Shown piece by piece: positions 49,880 to 60,574 of a stretch of 64,000 nucleotides of DNA; position 1 is the first letter of the stretch; the number at the start of each line of letters is the position of its first letter. Origin of the DNA: Euglena gracilis. Lineage: Eukaryota. The position numbers and the translations under genes are program-made. The notes below the pieces were generated by a model. It saw only the letters and a program-made list of their open reading frames with translations. It searched no databases and was not told the DNA's origin. The stretch is taken from contig CP154954.1 in NCBI GenBank assembly GCA_039621445.1, forward strand, positions 26,672,954 through 26,736,953, written 5' to 3'.

Positions 49880-52800
49880 AGACACCTCGGGCTCCGCACT
49901 TTACAATTGTGAGGCCATGCCTTGCTCGCCGGCGGTTTGTTGTGTGATTGTTCGCTGCGCTGGGTTCGGAGGTTCTGCTTAGTGCTTTTTTTCTCCGGAG
50001 TTGGCTGATTCCTAACTTGCCCTTCGACACCCAGAAGAAGGAAAAGAGTTCACGAACGAAGAAGAACCGAGAAAAGACGTCAATATTAATTCAATATCCA
50101 GAAGGACACGAACCAGACGAATAGCAATTGAGAATTCAATTATCAATTTTCAATTTTCACTTCAATGAGCAATGCAGTGGAAAAGAAATTGAAATTGCAT
50201 GGCCACGGACGTCCTGGAGCAGTTGCCGCAGAAGCAGGAGATCTTGGAGATGCGGTTGACACGCGGAAAACCGTGGCCGTTTTCCCCCCAGACCCCCACC
50301 CCAGAAATTTCCCAGCCCAAACCCCCCCCAGTGACGGCCACGGTCCTTGGACCACGGTGGCTGGCCAGAAGGCCCAGAAGGCAAAAGTCTGCCCCAGCCC
50401 TTGATGGGCAAAGTATTGGCCAGGGGGGCCCAAATTGCTCTACAATCGAACAACCACAGCCCACACACCTGGGGCATCTCCCCCAAAGGCGCACAGTCGC
50501 CTATACACAACTTGGGCAAAGGATGGGGAGATGAAAGCCATGTTGGCCAGTTTTACAAGCAAATCCCCTCAGGAAAGGGATGAAAAGGTCTGTCAAACCC
50601 CCCCAATTCACCTATCACAACAGCCCCTCTCAAAGGGAAAAGGGGGGGCCACAGCAGCCCCCCCAGATTTCCAGTGGGGTTGGAGGCCAAGAAGAAATCA
50701 AGGCGTGGAAGACCCACAGAAGGATTATGGAAAACAATTTACACACGGAGACCTTGGAGACCAGCAGGGTGGACACACAGTGGCCACCAAGAAGCTAACG
50801 GACATCATCCCCAACCAGCAGGGTGGACCCACGGTGGCCACCAAGAAGCTAAGAAAGCCGCTGGAGAAATCTCCCGAGGGACCCACAGAGGCCCTCTGCC
50901 AAAAAAAGGGGGAAAAGGGGACCCACAGTGGCCTCTTTAATGACCCAGCCTCAGTAGGACAAGGGACCCACAGTGGCTCTTTTGGGGGGAGGGGCAGGAA
51001 ACCCTCCTACATTTATTTCTCAGTTCCCGATCAATCAATCAAGGGGAGAACCCACAGAGGCCCCCCTATGGTATGTCAACCAACCACATCAACATGCAGA
51101 AGACAAGATAGGCCAAACAGGGGCATTAGGCTCTATGGTATGTCTCCCAACAACAAGACCATCCAGAGAGAGTGCATGCACATCCCCCTAGAAAAAAATT
51201 CTTTTCTAAGGGCCCAAGCCCTAGGGGACCTAGGGGTGCAATGTCCAACACCCCCAACCCAGCCCCCCCAGAATCATCTTATCCAGAAACTAAAATCAAT
51301 GGGGGAAAGAGGGGGAGACACCCCCCTCCATCAAAGGTTACAAAAAAGCCTAAAATGTCCAACACCCCCAGCCCAGCCCCCCCAAAATCATCTGATCCAA
51401 GAAATAAATTCCATGGAGGAAAAATGGGGAGACACCCCCCTCCATCAAAGGCTGCAACAAAGCCTGAAATGGTGGACAAAAAATTCCCCCCCAACAGCAT
51501 GTCAACTAATCAGGGATGGCATTCAACTCCCTTGGGAAAACCCACCAAAATTGTCCACCAATCCAAAACCCAGGGCAAATTTGAACCTGCAGAAAGCAGA
51601 AAAAATACTGCTGGATTACGAAAAATCTGGATCTCTAAAGAGGGTGAGGGATTCAACCACCCAGCACCTAATCCCCTGGTTTCTGATTTCGAAACCAGAA
51701 GGGGAGCAGATAAAATGGAGACTAATAAGCGATTGCAGGAAACAAATCAACGATTCCAAGTGAAACCTTTCAAGCTGGATCACATCCAGCACATTTTTCC
51801 AGTGTTAGAAAAAGGCCACTGGGCAGCAAAAATAGACCTAAAGGATGCTGACTTCCACATCAAAGTGAGCCAGGCCCTAAGACTTTGTAAGGCAGCAGGC
51901 GGGGGGGGGGCAGACCTGGGATTTCCAGGCAGGCTGCTTGGCCTAAATGTAATGCCCCAAATTTTTATGTCAGTAATGTAGACAATCGAAAAGCTGTGGA
52001 GGAAAAAGGGCATCCAGGTATTTATTTACCTGGACAACATTTTACTGGTGGAACAAACACAAAACACCTTACAAAATCACCTGAACACAGTGGTCAGGGA
52101 TTTAATGAAATCAGGATTCAAAATTAATGTAAAAAAGTTCCACCCTGCAGCCGACCCAAATCGTAAATCTTCTTGGATTTCAGCTAAACTTCAAAGAGGG
52201 AAAATTACAGGCCCCCCCCAGAAAATAAATACAGTAAAAAAGGCACTGGGAAAAACGGTGAAAAAAGGTTTCATGTCAAGAAGGCAACTGGCTGCCATTT
52301 TGGGCCAAATCATATGCAACCTAATGGTCTTGCCCTTTCTAAGTGCCTTTACGGAAGCCCTGGCAAAAAAAAAATTTTGGTGGAAAATTCCACAGCCCCC
52401 TGCGACTCAAAACACCCCATTTCCCAAAGAATAAAGGACCAATTAAGAGAATTAAAAAATCTGCTGGACACCTGGGGGGGCAGCCCCTTCCCCCAAAGTG
52501 CAACCAGGCAGTTGCACTCAAACAGCAGTACACATGCCTGGGGGCGTGGGCTGGACATTCGAACAGGCAAAATTGTGCAAGAATTGTGGAGGAAAAACTC
52601 CATTTTGCGCATAAATGTCAAAGAATTAAGTGCAGCAATAAGCACAGTTCAAAGCCTCAGCCAGCCAGGGGAAACTGTGTCCCTATCCGTGGACAATCAA
52701 GTAATTTACTATTACTTAACAAAAGGGGGGGGGGCATAAAGGCCCCTTTCAATTCCATGCTAAGACATTTCTTAAATTGTGCATGGAGCACAACATAAAC

Positions 52801-53882
52801 CTGCAAGTAAAGAGAGTCCCCTCCAAGGAATGCATGGCAGACCCCATAAGCAGGTGGGAAATGGACAGGGAGGATTATTCCCTGGATCCCCAACTTTTTC
52901 AATGGCTGAGGCAGCAGCTAAAAAATTAAAATAAACCTGAAAACAGACCTTGTTGCCTCACCCGGCAACAAAAAAACTGCCACACCAGGCGGCCCCACTG
53001 GGGAGCCACAGCAGCAGATGCATTACAATGTCCACTGGACAAGATGGGGGATCTTTATGCAAACCCCCCCTGGTCTGTAATCCAAAAATTTCTCCCCGGA
53101 TTAAAAATGCTTCCACAGGTCAAAAAATTGATGGTCAGCCCCTACTGAGATTCAGCCACATGGTGGCCCCAGTTAATAAAAATGAAAGCTCCAGGGACCC
53201 GCTGCCTGAAAATCACCCCCTACATGGGTATGTTCACAATTGCAGGGGGGAAAAAATGCCACCCCCCAGGTGGCCCCTGCTTTGCATGAGTGCTCAGGCA
53301 AATTCTGGAGGGGAAACAAGTACAAAATTAAACCATTAACGATTTACTGGGAAGAAACCCCAGTTTAAAGCGTTATCAAAGCGCTTTTACGCTTTTTTAT
53401 GGGTAATTTTGGACAAAATTACCCCCCCCCCCCTGAAGCCACCACTGACCAAGTGGTTGACGCTTTAATTCAACTGTTTCAAATTTCAATGGCCCAAGCA
53501 CGCAATGCATACAGTGCTATGCCATTGATCCCTGGCTTTGGAGGCCTGAGTTTCCATGCAATGTTGGCACCTTATAAAAGGCTTTGGAACCAAAATTTGG
53601 AGAAATATTGTGCATTCTGGGATCCCCTCCCAATCCTCCTGGGGCTGGCACAGTCCCCCCTGCCCTTTGATATATGTACATTGCGTACACAACTCATTTT
53701 CTGTTCATGAATCCTCTGTTTATACAGAAATTCTGATTTGGCACAGGTCCAAAGAACCACCAGTTTATTGGAGGGGGGGCACCCTACAACAAAATTAAAC
53801 GTAAAGGTCAAAAACTCCACATGTGGGAGCGATTTGTCTCCATTCCCCAATGCCCCCAGATGAGTCCCTTTCATTTAATGAT
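49880..53882 (+). mobile_element. DIRS element (ORF1-RT-RH-MT-YR), decayed, YR truncated
   Basis: Left terminus GACACCTCGGGCTCCGCACTTT; WFLISKPE..WRLISDCR, KIDLKDA, YLDN, VDNQ, YANPPW, RNAYSA. Confidence 0.9.
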
Positions 53883-55407
53883 GTCTCGGACTCCCACGAC
53901 ACAGGAAGGGGGAGGAAGGGACCAGGAGGGCGAAGCACAAGAAGATGGTGAGGTCCTGCTTTCCTTGCCGGCTGTTCTGTTCTGGTGTGTTTGTGCGTGC
54001 GCGGAGGGTGCTTCTGACTGCGCCTTTGTTGCCGGAGTTGGCGATGATGAGGCCTCCTCCGACACCTTGGCGAAGCTGAACCGTCGTGGCCCCGCCTCCC
54101 CCCCCCTCTCCCATGGTTGCTTGGTCGGGGGTCCACTTTCTGGTTGGGATGTTTTTCTTTTTCTGCTGATTTTTTGGGTGGGGGGGGGTTGGGCTCACCA
54201 TCTTCTTGTGCTTCGCCCTCCTGGTCCCTTCATCCCCCTTCCTGTGTCTCTCTCGTGGGAGTCCGAGACCCTTCGGGCTCCGCACTGCGAGATCGTGAGG
54301 TACTGTGCACCCCCCTTTGGGCCATAGTTTTTTGAATTTTTGATACGACCCCGAGTCGCAAATAATGAGCTTGGAAGGCCCCAAAATTTTTCCACTGACC
54401 CAATTGCTGGACTTCTTCCACTTGTAAACCAGCATTTTTCCACCATAAAACCCCAGCCCCTCTGGTGCTGTGAGGTTTCCTGTGGGTGGTGTCCACCCCC
54501 CCTCTTGCAGAATTTATTTGGTCAGGGAATTCACTCTTTCGGATGTCAAAGGTCGTTTACCATCCAAGGACCACAAAAAATTATTTTTGTGCCCAACCAT
54601 GTGGGTTGTCCTTTCCACATATGCCTGCAATAAATGCCAGGGGGCTTATGAGGGGTGTGTGTGGCAAATTCAAAACTTCCTCCCATCTTGGTAATTCCCA
54701 CCCTTTCCTTTGCAATAAAATGAAATTTTTTTCTCCCACGAAACTGATTTTTCCCTGTGTCCTGGCTAGATCAACCCCCCTATGGAGGGCCAAAAGCCTC
54801 CAACAGATGATGAGTCTGTTTCTGAGCTCTTTCAAAGATAGGTCTGAGAGGGGACTTGAATTCCTGATGATGTTTCCTAAGAAGTCAGTGGGGTCCCAAA
54901 AGTGGCCATACTTGCAGACATTGGAAGTCCATTTCCTTTTCAAAGGAGCCAAAAGAGGATAAAACCTCAATGAACCAACCCCTGGGAGTAATAAAGCTGT
55001 TGCATATGCATTTCGTGCAGTGTTGAGGCTGTGAACAGCAAGATCAAGGATGGCCTCAGCCATCCTGTGGACTGTGCAGTCCTGCAGGGGCACCCCTTTG
55101 TGCAACAATTGGCCCACAAATGTCCTGAAGGCTGAGTCATATCTTTTGACATTTGCCAGATTTTTTATGTAAGTGTCGACACTGGACATCGAAACTTTCT
55201 GGGATTGTAATATTTGCCTGACACAATCAAGCAGGCCAAATTACACCTTGGGGGGGGGCATCTCCTCCCCCCAGCAATTGGTGAACAGACCCCACTGGGG
55301 GTGGTACCAGTAAAACTTTGCTGCCTGGCTGCCTGATTGACATCAATTGGCGCCACCAGGATGTCGAAGCCCAGTGGGGTACGATCAACAGACAAGTCAG
55401 GTCTGGG

Positions 55408-56429
55408 TGTGTGCGGCAGACGGGAGATCCTACGGAGGTTGGTAGCCGGCGCGTAGTACCAAGCCGAGCATCGCTCGAGTAGCTTATTCGGTAAGGTGCT
55501 GGGCTCACACGCGGGAGGTCGTGGGTTCGAGACCCAGGTCCCGCCGTGTGAGTCCTGGTCGATCCCGTACGGGCAGAGGGCATACCACGGGGATCGACCG
55601 GGGCGCGTAACTGCGCCCAAGGACGAGACACTGGTTGGCCGGACCTTGGGTGTAGTTCCCCGCCTAAGGGCGTGCAACGGCAAGCAGTATGAGCTGCCCC
55701 GTGGCCGTCCAACGGCGGGTGGTGACAACCAACGTAAACATGGTAGCAGAGGAACCCGTCTAATGCCACACGAACCGGGAAATCACAGCCTGACCCCACG
55801 GCGCCCGGAAGGCGGAAGCGGACGCGCCGAGTCTAGGGCGACTGAAACTCCTACACCGTTCCAAAGTCTTAAGCCGATGCAAAGGAGGACGCTCCAAGGC
55901 GGCAGAGCCCGTGGAAGTCGACAACACGTAAACTGCCGGCAATAGCAAACCCGAGCTGCAGGGGTCGGCAGCCTGGTGACGCAGTACTCGTGAGAAGCAC
56001 TCAGCCAACTAGGGCCGTGTGAGGCATAACCCGAGCTGCAGGGGCCACGGCCATAGTGACGCAGTGGGCTAGCGTAGTCAGGCTCTTGGGAGGGAGTGTG
56101 TGCGGCAGACGGGAGATCCTACGGAGGTTGGTAGCCGGCGCGTAGTACCAAGCCTAGTATCGCTCGAGTAGCTTATTCGGTAAGGTGCTGGGCTCACACG
56201 CGGGAGGTCGTGGGTTCGAGACCCAGGTCCTGCCGTGTGAGCCCTGGTCGATCAAGTACGGGCAGAGGGCATACCGCGGGGATCGACCGGCACGCGTAAC
56301 TGCGCCCAAGGACGAGACACTGGTTGGCCGGACCTTGGGTGTAGTTCCCTGCCTAAGGGCGTGCCACGGCAAGCAGTATGAGCTGCCCCGTGGCCGTCCA
56401 ACGGCGTGTGGTGACAACCAACGTAAACA
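55408..56429 (+). mobile_element. TRIM (1022 bp; 333-bp LTRs) with tRNA-derived cassette in LTRs
   Basis: LTRs 55408-55740 and 56097-56429 TG..CA, 5-bp TSD CTGGG, PBS TGGTAGCAGAGG, PPT GGGAGGGAG. Confidence 0.95.
55473..55545 (+). pseudogene. tRNA-derived sequence (anticodon loop CT-CAC-AC, Val-like) in 5' LTR; second copy 56162-56234
   Basis: A-box TAGCTTATTCGG, B-box GGTTCGAGACC, canonical spacing; D and T stems pair, acceptor and anticodon stems degenerate. Confidence 0.7.
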
Positions 56430-59400
56430 CTGGGTTTACCATTAATCTCTGAACACACTGAGGAATGATGCTCCAGGGGGGGGTTTGCATAAACTGGGGG
56501 GAGGTCCCTCAAGTCTGCCCTTAAGGCATCCACCAGCAAAGCCTCTTGGTCGGGGTATCAACAAACAAACTTGGGGATTTTTTTGTTTCTGGGTGTGCAA
56601 AACATGTCCACCTCTGGGGTAATGTCCTGCCTGAAAAAGTTCAGAATCAGGTGAAAGATGTTTAGTTTTAGGGTATAATCCCCTGGGTCCTTTTGCTCCC
56701 TGGTCAGGGAGTCTGCCAATTGCTCCTTTGTGGGAACCCAAACCACTTGCAAATTGATTTGCTTTTCTTGGCAATGATATAGCAGGGGTTTAAATATAGA
56801 ATTGATGTAGGGCTTTTTGCCTCCCCACTTTGTTAAATAGCTCACAGCCAACTGGCTGTCGACATGAAGCATAATTGTTTGCTTTGGCTTGGCTAGTGCT
56901 TTTGTAGTTTCCACTGCAGCCTGCAACTCTTTTTGGTTGATATGAAGGACATGCAGGTCCCTCCAAAAATCCTGCACCTTTTGGCCTGAATCTTTGTCCA
57001 GCCCCCCCCCCATTGCCAGGTGCTGCTGTCTGAGAAGAGTTCCTGAGAGGCCTGTGATTGAAATGCCCTGCCAACCCCTGGCTGTAAAAATGTTTTTTAA
57101 CTCCACAATCTGATCTTTGAACCCCTGGGGAATGGTAAGGGCGTGGTCCCAACCCCACCTGGTGTGCGAATCCACCATTTTGCAAAGTTGATCTGTCAGA
57201 ATTCTGAGAAATGGCATGGAGACTAAATAGCTTCTGACCTGCCCCACAATAGATCTGAGTTTTCTGCAGCTCATTTTTTGTGCAGTGAGCACCTTGCCTA
57301 GCTCCTTTCTTAAAATTTTTTAATTTTTCCTGTGAAATTTCCAGTTGGCCTTTTTTCAAATTGATCCACTGGCCCAAATGCTTTATTCCCTGTGTGGGTT
57401 CCAAACAGGACTTGGGAAGGTTTAATCTGAAACCTGCCAGTAAAAGATCCTGTTTTATTTCTGCCAAATGCTGGGCTGCTGTCTTTTTGCTGGGTGCTAA
57501 CAGCAAAATGTCGTCGAGGTAGATGAAAACTACCTTTCCGTCCTTTCTCCATTTCCTTTCCCAGACTCTCATGAGAGCCATAAATTTTTGTGGCAGGCTG
57601 CTTATACCAAAGCATGCAGCTTGAAACTGCCAAGTTTCCCCCCCCCCACCAGCATGCAAACATGTTTTTCCAGGCTGCTGTGCAGTTTTAAGTGGAAATA
57701 AGCATCTTTCAGATCTATTTTTCCACAGAACCAACCTTTCTTTAAGGATGGGAAGCTTCCCATGTGTTCCAGCCTGAACTTCTGGGGGGTGAAATGTAGA
57801 TTTAACTGTCGACAATCTGAAATTAGTCTTTCCTTGGTTTGTTCCCCTTCTTTTTTGGAAATGATGAAATAAGGGACAAAATGTTTTGCCTCCTCTGGGG
57901 GAATCTGCCTGGTTGCCCCTGCACATTCGTCCTTGGGGGGGAGGCCCAAGATTGGCTGCAACAGGGTCCCCCCAGAAGATAATCAGCCCAGACACCCCAG
58001 CTGTGTATGTACCCCCCCACTGCAGACACGGACCTTCCCCCATCATTGAAAATCAGGGGGAAAGCCTGTCCTTGAAAGGCCCTATGGCAGGGCCAGCTGC
58101 AGCCCCAGTGATGGGGCAACCAAGGGGAAGGACCCCTGTGATGGGGCCTGTGGGATCCCCAGACACATTACACCCAGGGGTGCCCCCTTACAAGGCCCTG
58201 CAGGCCAGCCTGCCCCATTGGGTCAAGGCAGGTGCCTGAAGAGAGGTGTGCTTATGTTCCCCCTGGGTGGGTGGTGGCGATGTGAAAACAGGGGGTAGTC
58301 TTCCAGACCTGTCTGCCCATTTCTGTCCCTCTGGGCTGTGGGCTGCTGGTGTCTTTGTCTCCTCGACTTCATGGCCACCAATGTCCAGGGTCCATGGCCG
58401 TCGTCGAAATGATGGAATTGAAATTTTTCCGGGAAATTGGAGGGTGGGGGGGTTGCGACGGCCACGGACTGGTGCTCCGCTCCTGCTCCATCATCGTCCA
58501 GCGCCTGCTGCGCCTGCCCTTTTCTCCACTTCAGGTTTCTTCCTTGAAACTCCTTGCAAAGCTACTTGAAAGCTTGGTGCCATGTTGGTTGCTCCGGCTC
58601 CTGCTGGAACTCCATCTTCTCCAGCTTCTGCTGCCTTCGCCGGCGTTCTTTGTTGCTTTGCTGGGCCGCTGGACACCAGGTATGTGGCATCTTTCATCGA
58701 AGTCAAAATTTCCTTCCTCCGCTGATCGTTGAATTGCTCTTCCCCCTCTGTGTTGATTGGTCGCTGTGGTGAACGTTTTTGACCTCGTTGAGTTGAAATT
58801 CTGCCTTCTTGCGGTCGAAGGGCAGAATTAGGAGTCAGCCAACTCCGGCAACAAAAGCAGTAGGAAGCACCCCCCGCGCACACACAAACACACCGAACAG
58901 AACAGCCGGAAAGGAAAGCAGGACCTCACCATCCCGAAGTGCGGAGCCCGAATGGTCCACAAGGGAAAAGTGCGGAGTCCGCGGTGTCGGCAAGGGCTCG
59001 CCCCTGGACGCTGGTTGGCTTCCACACGTGCGTGGGTCCTCGGTGCATGTTAAAAAAAAAGGTTCCATAATAAACGGATGTAAGAAGGTGGAACCTTGGG
59101 GGTGAAGAGAACCTGCGCTTCCTCGGACCAGGCTGAATAAAATGACAATTCCCCAACAATTTCTACCTGGTTTGAACGCAAAGACAGAGACTCCCCGACT
59201 GCACCAAAGAGCACTGCATCACATCGACGAGGCTCAAATCCAGTCTGGCAAGCTTATGCAATGGGCCACAAGGCAGGTGCGTGCTGAAGCTTAGGTGGCG
59301 GATCTCGCAATATGCGGCTTTTGCTTTGTGTGCACATTTGCGCAAATCAACGCTTTTTTCCCTTCAAAATGACTACACCTGGATCCTGAAGTCAAATATG

Positions 59401-60218
59401 TGGAGGCGGAGATGGAAGCATGGGCTTTGCAGTTAGGGTGCCCAAGAGCAGGTGCCACCACAGAAGGTGCATAATACCCAGCATGTGTGTTTGGGAACCT
59501 TGAAATGGCTGCCGCATGGGATGTTGCCAGAAAAATTTGGGGGCAGGTGAGAATTAGCCAGAAACGATGTCCCCAAAATTTTGACCGTGTGAGAATTCAA
59601 TGGTTGGTGTGCACTTTTGTGCAAGCGAATGATGCGCGCAAATATGCAAATCAATCATTTTTGCAAATGCGTAAACGGGCCACAGTACAAGCTGAAAATG
59701 GTGTGCTTGTGAGTTGTACAAGTGGTTGGTTTGCACAAATGCGCAAACAGTCTGTCTGAAGTTCAGCATTGCTGCGATTTGAAAATCCTTAAATGCCAGA
59801 TATTTCACAAAAGTCAAATACCACAAAAAGACCAGCTTCTGGGTCCGAATGTGGGCATCGGTGATTGAACATGTGCAAAAGAATTTTCAAAGAAACAAAA
59901 TATATAAAAAACAAAAAATCATCAAAACGGCATGTCCAGTGCCATCCTTGAAAATTTAGTTTAAAGCTGCCCCTCAGCCCCAGTATTTTGGTCCGAAAAC
60001 GAGGCAAAATGCATTTGGCTGTAACTGGATGTGTCTACTCACTTGAAAATCCCTGGGTTCAGGGGGGGCATAAAATGTAATACCCCGACACTTTATTTCA
60101 CCTGTCAGACATACTGCACAACACATCCACTTTGTGGACGCTGCTCTCCTCCTGTTTTCTCGTCTCAGAAATCCCTGTTGTTAAAGTCCCAAAGCTAAAA
60201 CAACATTTAGGTCAGTGT

Positions 60219-60511
60219 CAGGGGTTTTTTTAAGACCAGGGGGGGAGGTGGGAGGGGGTCGCCCCCCACCCACTCACCCCCTGGGGGGGCCCCCGGGGGG
60301 GGGGGGGGGGGGGGGTCCCGGGGGGGCCCACTTTTGCCCGAAAATGCTAAAAAAAGCACCTTTTCAAAATTTTCGGTTCCAAAGGCGCCTAAAAAGATAT
60401 ACCCACCAGCCCCTACCCCCACCCCCCCGGGGGGGAGGGGGGTCCAAGGGACCCACCCACCCGACCCCCCCTCCCCCCGGGGGAGGGGGTCCAAGACTAA
60501 AAAAACCCCTG
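60219..60511. mobile_element. hAT-type MITE
   Basis: TIR CAGGGGTTTTTTTA/TAAAAAAACCCCTG, perfect 8-bp TSD GTCAGTGT. Confidence 0.9.
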
Positions 60512-60574
60512 GTCAGTGTGTGCAATTAGAAATGTGCCATAAATTTCTTCCAGATCAGTTTTTCTGAATAATGT

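Larger units (their letters stand above)
53883..59030 (-). mobile_element. DIRS element of a second family (RT-RH-MT-YR) with terminal inverted repeats
   Basis: RT YLDD (56790-58046), RH KELQAA/VDSQ, MT YANPP split by TRIM, YR LALHRGVDLA..HSTRG..W..HY (~54330-55189); 58830-58935 inverted vs 53945-54045; inner IR 53883-53952/54194-54268. Confidence 0.9.

Noticed and set aside
55473-55545. Functional tRNA-Val gene
   Set aside because: Acceptor and anticodon stems do not pair and it is embedded in an LTR; kept only as tRNA-derived
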